64,000 nucleotides of DNA, from assembly GCA_938036315.1 (NCBI GenBank), contig CALHPK010000003.1, positions 52,722 through 116,721 on the forward strand. The letters are read 5' to 3'. This DNA is from an uncultured bacterium (GTDB lineage: Bacteria; Calescibacteriota; Calescibacteriia; Calescibacteriales; Calescibacteriaceae). The notes under the pieces are model-generated. The model saw nothing but the letters and a program-made list of their open reading frames with translations. It had not been told where the DNA came from and did no database searches. This document shows, in pieces, positions 9,871 to 17,168 of this stretch; positions within the stretch are counted from its first letter, which is position 1; every line of letters begins with the position of its first letter. The translations under genes were made by a program, and so were the position numbers.

Positions 9871-10419
9871 CTATAGCTTATTCAGAATTTCCTCAATCTT
9901 TACAGAAATTGCCTTCCTGACAGAGCTATTTGTGAACTCTCTTTTTTCTCTTTTTTCAATAGCATTCCATATTTTCAAGAAAAGTTCTTGCGGTATAAGA
10001 ATCTGATTACTGTGAATTTCAGACTTTCGCATCTGTGAAAATCTTTGCTTAAAATCTTTTATAGAAAATTCTTCACAGAGTTTTTTAATCAAAAAGCTCC
10101 TAAAACTTATCTCATTCTTCTTTATTATCTCGCTTATCTTTTCGTGATTACTAAAATTAAAAATTATATTTACATAACGAGTTCTTGGAGATATACTACC
10201 GCCACATCTGAAGAGCTCAATAAAATCAAGAATAATTTTCCTTTTCCTGCCCCTGAAAAACTCAGCTGCTTTCTCAAGATCGCTAAGAGAAAAATCGGCA
10301 AACTTCTTCTTTCTCCTCACAACCCCCAACCTATGCTTACCCAGTGTGAATATTTCTAACTCTGCGGGAATATCTTTAAGACTATTTATTTTCTCCACAA
10401 GCTGAGCGACCTCATCCAT
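9871..10419 (-). CDS. Hypothetical basic protein with two ribbon-helix-helix-like segments (putative DNA-binding regulator)
   Basis: 182 aa, 7-nt gap to the Cas4-like gene. Two stretches fit the beta-alpha-alpha RHH pattern by eye (VNIIFNFSNHEKISEIIKKNEISFRSFLIKKLCEEF and QILIPQELFLKIWNAIEKREKREFTNSSVRKAISVKIEEIL). Pattern-level call only. Confidence 0.4.
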   Translation of the reverse strand: MDEVAQLVEKINSLKDIPAELEIFTLGKHRLGVVRRKKKFADFSLSDLEKAAEFFRGRKRKIILDFIELFRCGGSISPRTRYVNIIFNFSNHEKISEIIKKNEISFRSFLIKKLCEEFSIKDFKQRFSQMRKSEIHSNQILIPQELFLKIWNAIEKREKREFTNSSVRKAISVKIEEILNKL

Positions 10420-10456
10420 AAAAGTAAAATTTACAATTAATAATTAATTAAAGAAA

Positions 10457-10500
10457 ATATTGACAATAAAAATCAATAATATTGACAATAAAAATCAATA
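10457..10500. repeat. Perfect 2 x 22-bp tandem repeat, each unit with ATTGA-N9-TCAAT inverted half-sites
   Basis: atattgacaataaaaatcaata at 10457-10478 and again at 10479-10500, 38-81 nt upstream of the 9871-10419 ORF start. Confidence 0.95.
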
Positions 10501-10634
10501 AAAAAAAGAAACAAAAATGGAGCACTTGGCAGGATGGTATTTGCTTATACTTTTTACAAAAATCAATTTGTCACATTTTTAACATATCTGATTTACATAC
10601 GAGCTATCCTATGCGTATTTGTATAAAGGTTATG

Positions 10635-11648
10635 TTAGAAATCCCTCGCTGAGATGAAGTCTATAATTTTATATATGTTATTTTTTCTTTCCTCGCTATA
10701 TGGGATCAATCTCAGGAGTTTTTGTACTTCCGATCTGATTCGCATAAGCTCATTCTCTGCCATCTTTAAACCGCTACCTTCTCTTACAAGTCTAGAAATC
10801 TCCCAAAGTTTCTCAGATGTTAATACTCCATTACTACTTTTTACAATGTTAAATATAGTATCAAAATTTTCAGAAAGTAGAACCGGTAAGGTAAGCTTTC
10901 CTTCTTTTATATCGTTGAGAATAGGTTTACCAGTCACCAAAGATGTAAAATCAAGAATATCATCTTTTATCTGGAATAAAATACCTATAAGACGACCGAT
11001 TTCTGAGAACATACCAGAAAGTCTACAATTTGAATCTTTTGCATCTTCTGTATTATCTTTAATGACCATATCTTCATATATCACAAAAGGTAAAGATGAG
11101 CTCAACTTGAAAAGAGAGGCTGTTTTCTTTTCAATAACTTGAAAGTACAATTTAACGAGATTTTCTACGTCTGGTTCCACAATATTATGAATCATTATTT
11201 TGCTCTCGAGTATTTGTCCCTCAGCCATAGCTTTCGCAACTGAAGAGAAAAAATTCACTAACCTTAGGCTTCCGAGTGTTGATATCATTTCTGAAATCAC
11301 ACCAAGGAGGTAAGCCGATGCGATAACAGAAACCTTGGTTCCAAAAACCTTATAACTTGCTGGCTTACCCCTCCTGATATCTGCCTCATCTATTATATCA
11401 TCAAGTATCAACGAAGCGGTATGTAGGAGTTCAATGCAAGCAGCAGATATATAAACTTTCTGCATATACCCACCAAGCTTATCAGATATCACATCTGCAC
11501 AAAACAGAGCTATTGCAGGCCTTATTCTCTTACCACCACTATCGACCGAATACTTCAAAACAGAATAAATAGCTTCATTTCTATCCCTGGCAATCTCTAA
11601 AACACTTTTTATAATATTCTCAACTTCTTGAATATCGCTATGATACAC
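10635..11648 (-). CDS. Long-chain polyprenyl diphosphate synthase (IspB/HepT-like)
   Basis: 337 aa. First DDxxD region LILDDIIDEADIRRGKP and second FQIKDDILD. Confidence 0.9.
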   Translation of the reverse strand: MYHSDIQEVENIIKSVLEIARDRNEAIYSVLKYSVDSGGKRIRPAIALFCADVISDKLGGYMQKVYISAACIELLHTASLILDDIIDEADIRRGKPASYKVFGTKVSVIASAYLLGVISEMISTLGSLRLVNFFSSVAKAMAEGQILESKIMIHNIVEPDVENLVKLYFQVIEKKTASLFKLSSSLPFVIYEDMVIKDNTEDAKDSNCRLSGMFSEIGRLIGILFQIKDDILDFTSLVTGKPILNDIKEGKLTLPVLLSENFDTIFNIVKSSNGVLTSEKLWEISRLVREGSGLKMAENELMRIRSEVQKLLRLIPYSEERKNNIYKIIDFISARDF

Positions 11649-11872
11649 ACCTAAAATTTTATTAAAATCTTGATCGGAGATTGTTTATCCAAATTTTCAG
11701 AACTCTCTTATAAATCCCTGCATTTGATAAAATATAAAAAATTTCTTAAATGTGTTATAAAAAATCTCTAACCTTCTTATGTGTAAACCTATTTATTTGG
11801 ACATATTCTGCAATACATTTCAATTTTTCGCAGTATTTTTCTATTATTTTATTTCTTTTTTATTGCACTTTA

Positions 11873-13015
11873 CTAAGTTGCAATCTCAATTGAATTTTTA
11901 CCTTTACTCTTTGCTTTGTACAATGATTTATCTGCTGATTTTATTAAATCATCTAGACCTTTGATATGCTGGGACGGGAACACAGCCGCCCCAGCAGAGA
12001 ATGATAGCTTAAGTTTCCCTCCCCCACAATCTATAAATTTCCCATCTAGTAACTTTATTAGCCTCTCCCAGAAAGATACTATCCCATCTTGTCTCGATTC
12101 TGGGAGAAGGACTAAAAACTCATCTCCACCGTATCTGAATACGTAGTCGTACTCTCTTTTTGTCTGAACAAGAAGTAAAGCGAATTCTTTGAGTATCTGA
12201 TCCCCCACCAAATGCCCATAGCTATCATTTATAGATTTAAAATTATCTAAATCAAAGATTATAACAGCAATTGGAGAAGATTTTCTGGTAGCCCGGGAAA
12301 ACTCCTGACCCAATACAGAATTCATATATCTCCTATTGAAAACGCCAGTCAGTGGATCTACTATTGAGACTTTGTATAAGTATTCGCTCATCTCAAGCAA
12401 TTTCTCCTGAGTTCTCTTGAGTATAAGATGAATTTTTGCCCTGGCTATTATCTCCTTCTCAAACATATCAGCCGATATTTCTCTTGATGGCTTAAAGACA
12501 AAATCTTTAGCCCCTATCTCCAGAAATTCTACCTTAGAATATGGAGCAGTACCAGTTATGATTATGATAGGTATTATATCAGCCAGAATGGAGGTCTTAA
12601 CATCTCCTTCTTTCTTTATGCTCTCCACCAAGCTCCTCACAGATCTGACAAATTTCTCACCATCAAAATTTTTCATCTGAACATCACATATAACGATATC
12701 TAAACTTTGTAGATTATCCCTGAATTTCCTTATACCCTCGAGTCCATCATGAGCTTCTAGAATATCAGATGGTTCGAAAAGACCTGCTTTGACTAAAGCC
12801 TGTATTATTCCCATTCGTGTGAATTGGGAATCGTCTATTATAAGACACTTTCTCCCGGGTATCTTCAAATTCCACCCTATCTCCAAAACAACACTGTATA
12901 TATCCCCACAAGAAGTCTCGGATAATACTCCTACATTATAAGCTCCATCCGATTTTACTACATCAGTAGTAACACAAACTTTTTCACTAACCCCCATACT
13001 TTTTTCATCCTTCAT
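11873..13015 (-). CDS. Response-regulator receiver + GGDEF diguanylate cyclase
   Basis: 380 aa. REC domain (CLIIDDSQF ... VICDVQM) and GGDEF domain (RYGGDEFLVLL). An alternative start is the ATG at 12997, preceded by AAGGA. Confidence 0.9.
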   Translation of the reverse strand: MKDEKSMGVSEKVCVTTDVVKSDGAYNVGVLSETSCGDIYSVVLEIGWNLKIPGRKCLIIDDSQFTRMGIIQALVKAGLFEPSDILEAHDGLEGIRKFRDNLQSLDIVICDVQMKNFDGEKFVRSVRSLVESIKKEGDVKTSILADIIPIIIITGTAPYSKVEFLEIGAKDFVFKPSREISADMFEKEIIARAKIHLILKRTQEKLLEMSEYLYKVSIVDPLTGVFNRRYMNSVLGQEFSRATRKSSPIAVIIFDLDNFKSINDSYGHLVGDQILKEFALLLVQTKREYDYVFRYGGDEFLVLLPESRQDGIVSFWERLIKLLDGKFIDCGGGKLKLSFSAGAAVFPSQHIKGLDDLIKSADKSLYKAKSKGKNSIEIAT

Positions 13016-13039
13016 TTTTTATTTTCATCTTTTTTTTAT

Positions 13040-13175
13040 TTATCCTTTATTCCGTCCCCGTTTAAGTTTGATTTAACCCCGACTCTGCCGTCCTTAAACT
13101 GTGCCCCGTCTTACTCCCTCTTTTTATCCTTACTACTTTTCTTGCCCCGTATGATATCCCCCCGACCTTCTAAAT
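13040..13175 (-). other. G-rich (minus strand) non-coding island with repeated CGGGG and AAGGA motifs in the REC-GGDEF leader / divergent promoter region
   Basis: Plus-strand ccccg at 13056, 13077, 13104, 13145 and ccccccg at 13158. Plus-strand tcctt (AAGGA on minus) at 13008, 13043, 13091, 13127, 13203. Composition clearly departs from neighbouring AT-rich spacers. Confidence 0.3.
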
Positions 13176-13376
13176 AAAATGTAATTAATTATAAAAAAAA
13201 TTTCCTTGATATGAAAAAATTTATCTTAGGGTAATTAGGATGCAGGTAATAACTCCTGATACTCTTATCTGCTAAACACCGATATCCTAAATCTCACTGC
13301 TAAGATCGATAAGAAATTCTTGAATTTCGGTTTATTCAAAAAATTTTTCGTAATTATTTAAAAATTATAATCGTAT

Positions 13377-14363
13377 ATGGAAAGTAGCAGTTTGAAAACA
13401 AGGGGAGAACCATTAGTTATCCTCGAAAATATCCAGAAGTACTATGGTGATAGATTAGCTGTAGATAATATAAACTTCGAAGTAGGTAGAGGAGAAATAC
13501 TAGGATTTTTAGGTCCTAACGGAGCGGGTAAGACCACAACTATGAGAATAATTGCCGGGTATATGCCACCAACCAACGGGCAAGTTCTTGTAGCTGGTAT
13601 TAATGTCCTTGAAAAACCAGTAGAAGCTAAAAAGTACATAGGTTATCTCCCCGAAAATCCACCACTGTACACAGATATGACAGTTGTTTCATATCTCAAA
13701 TTTGTTGCCAAACTTAAAAAGCTCCCAAGAAAAAAAATAGGTGAAAGAATTGAATTTGTCCTTGAAAAATGTGGACTTCGAGATGTAAAAGGCAGACTGA
13801 TTGGGAATTTATCACGTGGGTACAAACAGAGAGTTGGGATAGCTCAGGCAATTATCCATGATCCGGATATAATCATACTTGATGAACCAACAGTTGGGCT
13901 TGATCCAAAGCAGGTTATCGAAATAAGAAATCTCATAAAGGAGATATCAAAGGATAAAACTGTAATTTTGTCAACACACATCTTGAGCGAGGTGACTCGC
14001 ATAGCAAACAGAGTTATCATAATAGCCAATGGTAAATTAGTCTTTGCAAAATATTTAGATGAAATAGGAAATGAAACGGAAAGGAAATTCATAGTGAAAT
14101 TTGGAAACGCCACTGACTGCCAAAAGGCAAAAGACATCTTCAGGAGTATACCTGGCACAAGTATAGAGTCTGAGAATACAAAAATAAGAATCACAAGCCA
14201 AACCGATGTGAAAAAGGAAATATTAGTTAAGTTGATCCAGAACAATATTACGCCTGAAGAAATATATGAAGAAAAACCTTCCCTTGAGGATATATACATA
14301 AAAGTTGTTGCAGGATCTGAAGGAGTCGAACAAACCGAGCAAGAAAAGCGGAATCAGGGCTAA
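13377..14363 (+). CDS. ABC-2-type transporter ATP-binding protein (no permease gene adjacent)
   Basis: 328 aa. Walker A GPNGAGKTT, signature LSRGYKQRVGIAQA, Walker B IILDEPTVGLD, about 100-aa C-terminal accessory domain. Confidence 0.85.
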   Translation: MESSSLKTRGEPLVILENIQKYYGDRLAVDNINFEVGRGEILGFLGPNGAGKTTTMRIIAGYMPPTNGQVLVAGINVLEKPVEAKKYIGYLPENPPLYTDMTVVSYLKFVAKLKKLPRKKIGERIEFVLEKCGLRDVKGRLIGNLSRGYKQRVGIAQAIIHDPDIIILDEPTVGLDPKQVIEIRNLIKEISKDKTVILSTHILSEVTRIANRVIIIANGKLVFAKYLDEIGNETERKFIVKFGNATDCQKAKDIFRSIPGTSIESENTKIRITSQTDVKKEILVKLIQNNITPEEIYEEKPSLEDIYIKVVAGSEGVEQTEQEKRNQG

Positions 14364-14368
14364 ACAAT

Positions 14369-14884
14369 ATGCCAGCAATTGAAATTGAAGTAATTAACGG
14401 TAGCATAACTGAAGTTTCAGCAGACGCTATAGTAAATGCTGCCAACTCTATTGGTTACATGGGAGGCGGAGTCGCCGGATACCTCAAAAGAGTCTGCGGA
14501 GATATAGTTGAACAAGAGGCCATAAGTAAAGCACCTATTCCTGTCGGGAAAGCTATCTGCACAACTGCAGGGAAACTCCGAGATAAGTTTAAAGGAATAA
14601 TACATGCACCAACTATGGAAAAGCCCGGAATGAAAATTCCTCCAGAAAATGTTGGCAAAGCAACCTACGCAGCACTTGAAGAGGCTGATTCCCTCGGCTT
14701 CAAAACCATAGCTATGCCAGGAATGGGAACTGGAGTCGGTGGAGTTAGTAAAAAAGAAGCAGCAGAAATAATGGTAAAAACTATAATGAGTTTCACCCCT
14801 AAAAATCTGCGAAAGGTTATCTTAGTGGATGTTGATAAAGAAATGGTGGAAGAATTCACAAAAGCAATATCAAAAGAGCGCTGA
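14369..14884 (+). CDS. Macro-domain (ADP-ribose-binding / O-acetyl-ADP-ribose deacetylase-like) protein
   Basis: 171 aa. AIVNAANSIGYMGGGVAGYL and MPGMGTGVGGV motifs of stand-alone macro domains. Confidence 0.8.
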   Translation: MPAIEIEVINGSITEVSADAIVNAANSIGYMGGGVAGYLKRVCGDIVEQEAISKAPIPVGKAICTTAGKLRDKFKGIIHAPTMEKPGMKIPPENVGKATYAALEEADSLGFKTIAMPGMGTGVGGVSKKEAAEIMVKTIMSFTPKNLRKVILVDVDKEMVEEFTKAISKER

Positions 14885-14906
14885 AAATCATATAGTACAG
14901 GGAAAG

Positions 14907-15734
14907 ATGCCATATCAATTTGAGATCGGAGAAAAAGGAACAAGAAAATGCATAGTTGGAGGAGATGAAATCATATTCATTTCTGGACCGTGTGTTATCG
15001 AGGGAGAGGAATTTACTCTAAGATGCGCTGAAACGCTGCTACACATAGCAGAAAAGCACAAAATACAGCTCGTATTTAAAGCCTCATACGATAAAGCCAA
15101 CAGAACATCCATAAATTCATTTAGGGGACCAGGACTACATGAGGGATTAAGAATCCTGGAAAGAGTAAAAAGAGAAATTGGCATTCCAGTTTTATCAGAT
15201 GTTCATTGCAAAGAGGAAATAAAACCTGCCTCGGAGGTGCTTGATGTTATCCAGATCCCAGCTTTTCTCGCACGCCAAACAGATCTTGTCATAGAAGCTG
15301 CAAAAACTCAAAAACCAATAAATATAAAAAAACCCCAATTTGTATCTCCGTACGATACTAAATACATCGTTGAAAAGTCCATAAAGGTACAAAATGAAAA
15401 AGTAATGCTTTCAGAAAGAGGAACCATATTCGGGTATAGGGAACTTGTAGTAGATTTCAGAGGAATCCCCATTATGAGGAATTGGGCTTTTGTTATATTT
15501 GATGCAACCCATAGTGTACAGCTTCCATCAGCTGGTAGCGGTATCTCGGAAGGTGTAAGATGGGCTGTCCCTTATTTGGCCAGGGCAGCTTCTGCCGTTG
15601 GAGTAGATGGCTTCTTTTTCGAAACACACCCAGACCCAGACAGAGCTCTATCCGATCCTAAAACCTCAATCAACTACGACACATTTGAAAAAATTATAGT
15701 TGACATAAAAAAAATTATTGAAGCACTTAAATAA
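14907..15734 (+). CDS. kdsA: 2-dehydro-3-deoxyphosphooctonate (KDO-8-P) aldolase
   Basis: GPCVIE, FKASYDKANRTS, DATHSVQLP motifs. I use the ATG at 14907; the ORF-track start at 14829 would overlap the macro-domain gene. Confidence 0.9.
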   Translation: MPYQFEIGEKGTRKCIVGGDEIIFISGPCVIEGEEFTLRCAETLLHIAEKHKIQLVFKASYDKANRTSINSFRGPGLHEGLRILERVKREIGIPVLSDVHCKEEIKPASEVLDVIQIPAFLARQTDLVIEAAKTQKPINIKKPQFVSPYDTKYIVEKSIKVQNEKVMLSERGTIFGYRELVVDFRGIPIMRNWAFVIFDATHSVQLPSAGSGISEGVRWAVPYLARAASAVGVDGFFFETHPDPDRALSDPKTSINYDTFEKIIVDIKKIIEALK

Positions 15735-15775
15735 AAACCTAGTAAAAACCGAAACAACTGAAGGGAAACGCATCT

Positions 15776-16417
15776 ATGGATAAAACAACCAAGGATAATC
15801 TAAAAATCATAAATATCTCGAAATCTTTCAACTCACTGAAAGTTCTACAGAACATAAGCTTCGATGCCTCTGGAGGGGAAATCGTCGGAATTTTCGGCGA
15901 AAATGGCTCGGGGAAAACAACCCTTCTCAAAATAATATCTGGAATAATAAAACCTGACTCCGGAGATGTAAAACTCAATGATGAGAACATCTCTAAAGCT
16001 AGATCACAATTTTTATTTGTAGGCCACGAACATTCCTTATACAAATATATGAGTATCTCTGAAAATCTTATGTTCTGGGGGAAAATATGGGGACGCAGAA
16101 CTTCTCAGGATGACATAAAATCAGCTCTGAGTTTTTTCGGAATTGAAGATTTATCCACCAGATTAGTGGGCGAGCTGTCGCAAGGAACTAGAAAGAAGAT
16201 CGCCCTCGCAAAATTCTTCATCGTAGATCCCAAAGTACTTGTCTTAGATGAACCATTGTCTAACTTAGATGACGATGGTAAAAGAAAAGTTATTGAACTT
16301 ATTAGTTTTGCAGAGAAAATCGGGAAAATAGTTATATTTTCATCCCCTGAAGAATACGATATTCTCAGACCTACAAAGAAGCTAATACTCAGAAAATCAA
16401 ATTCAACTCTTCTATAA
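15776..16417 (+). CDS. ABC transporter ATP-binding protein (CcmA-like short form, no permease adjacent)
   Basis: 213 aa. GENGSGKTTLL, LSQGTRKKIALA, LVLDEPLSNLD. Confidence 0.8.
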   Translation: MDKTTKDNLKIINISKSFNSLKVLQNISFDASGGEIVGIFGENGSGKTTLLKIISGIIKPDSGDVKLNDENISKARSQFLFVGHEHSLYKYMSISENLMFWGKIWGRRTSQDDIKSALSFFGIEDLSTRLVGELSQGTRKKIALAKFFIVDPKVLVLDEPLSNLDDDGKRKVIELISFAEKIGKIVIFSSPEEYDILRPTKKLILRKSNSTLL

Positions 16418-17167
16418 TCTTCTCAAGAAAAGTTGAACTTCCTCATCAGATACATCGAAAATGTCCGATGGATTTCCATCCCATATTACTTCCCCATCTT
16501 TCATAAAGATTATATAATCAGCAAGCTTCAGAGCACTTTTTATATCATGAGTTATAGCAATAAAAGTTGAACTGATTTCTTTCTTCACACTAAGTATGAG
16601 ATCTTCTATTGAAGATGAAGTCACCGGATCTATTCCTGATGTTGGCTCATCTAAGATCACTACCTCCGGGTTATGAATAATTGCTCTCCCTAGAGCAACT
16701 CTTTTTTTCATTCCACCGGAAAGCTCTCCAGGATACTTCTTCTCATGCCCTTTCATCCCAATAATTTCAAGTATAGGCTCAAGTTTCTGTCTCAAAACAG
16801 CTTTATCTTTTATTCTCATACATTCGTAAAGAGGGAAAAGGATATTCTCCTCAACTGTAAGCCAGTCGAACAGAGCAGAATTCTGGAAAAGGAATCCGAA
16901 TTTTTTCAGATAATCAAGTCTCTCCTCAGCAGATATATCTGTTACGTCACGTCCCTTGAAAAAGATTTTACCTTCTGTAGGCTTCAGAAGTCCAACAATG
17001 TGCTTGACAAGAACAGTTTTACCACATCCTGATCTCCCCATAATAATCGTTATCTTTCCGGTAGGGATTTCTACGCTTATGTTTTTGAGAACGGGCTTGC
17101 CATCAAAATATTTCCAAAGCCCCTGTATTTTGATAACAACATCAGAATCTGTATCTATCTTCCTCAC
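16412..17167 (-). CDS. ABC transporter ATP-binding protein, MlaF/Ttg2A-like
   Basis: GRSGCGKTVL, LSGGMKKRVALGRA, VILDEPTSGIDP. The long ORF-track start (17323) overlaps fliD by about 155 nt. A GTG at 17167 lies 1 nt after the fliD TAA and precedes the conserved domain, so I use it. Confidence 0.7.
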   Translation of the reverse strand: MRKIDTDSDVVIKIQGLWKYFDGKPVLKNISVEIPTGKITIIMGRSGCGKTVLVKHIVGLLKPTEGKIFFKGRDVTDISAEERLDYLKKFGFLFQNSALFDWLTVEENILFPLYECMRIKDKAVLRQKLEPILEIIGMKGHEKKYPGELSGGMKKRVALGRAIIHNPEVVILDEPTSGIDPVTSSSIEDLILSVKKEISSTFIAITHDIKSALKLADYIIFMKDGEVIWDGNPSDIFDVSDEEVQLFLRRL

Positions 17168-17168
17168 C

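Noticed and set aside
10527-10545. Sigma-54-like TGGCA...TTGCT element
   Set aside because: The distance from the GG to the GC dinucleotide is 15 nt instead of the required 12, and it is on the plus strand, where no gene follows (both flanking genes are on the minus strand).
11779-11964. 61-aa hydrophobic plus-strand ORF overlapping the 3' end of the GGDEF gene
   Set aside because: It has no Shine-Dalgarno, overlaps a confident gene in antisense, and its Phe/Leu/Tyr-rich composition is what AT-rich non-coding frames produce.
13040-13175. c-di-GMP or other riboswitch upstream of the GGDEF gene
   Set aside because: The sense strand has G-runs but almost no complementary C-runs, so it cannot form the multi-helix junctions of known riboswitch classes. 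No conserved riboswitch core motif was recognised.
14829-14906. Longer N-terminus for kdsA, and similar long-start options for the MlaF-like ATPase (to 17323), the epimerase (20917), the GH1 gene (34304) and nadD (3242)
   Set aside because: The extensions overlap neighbouring genes or precede conserved N-termini. Internal starts give canonical protein N-termini, a Shine-Dalgarno, or stop/start coupling.
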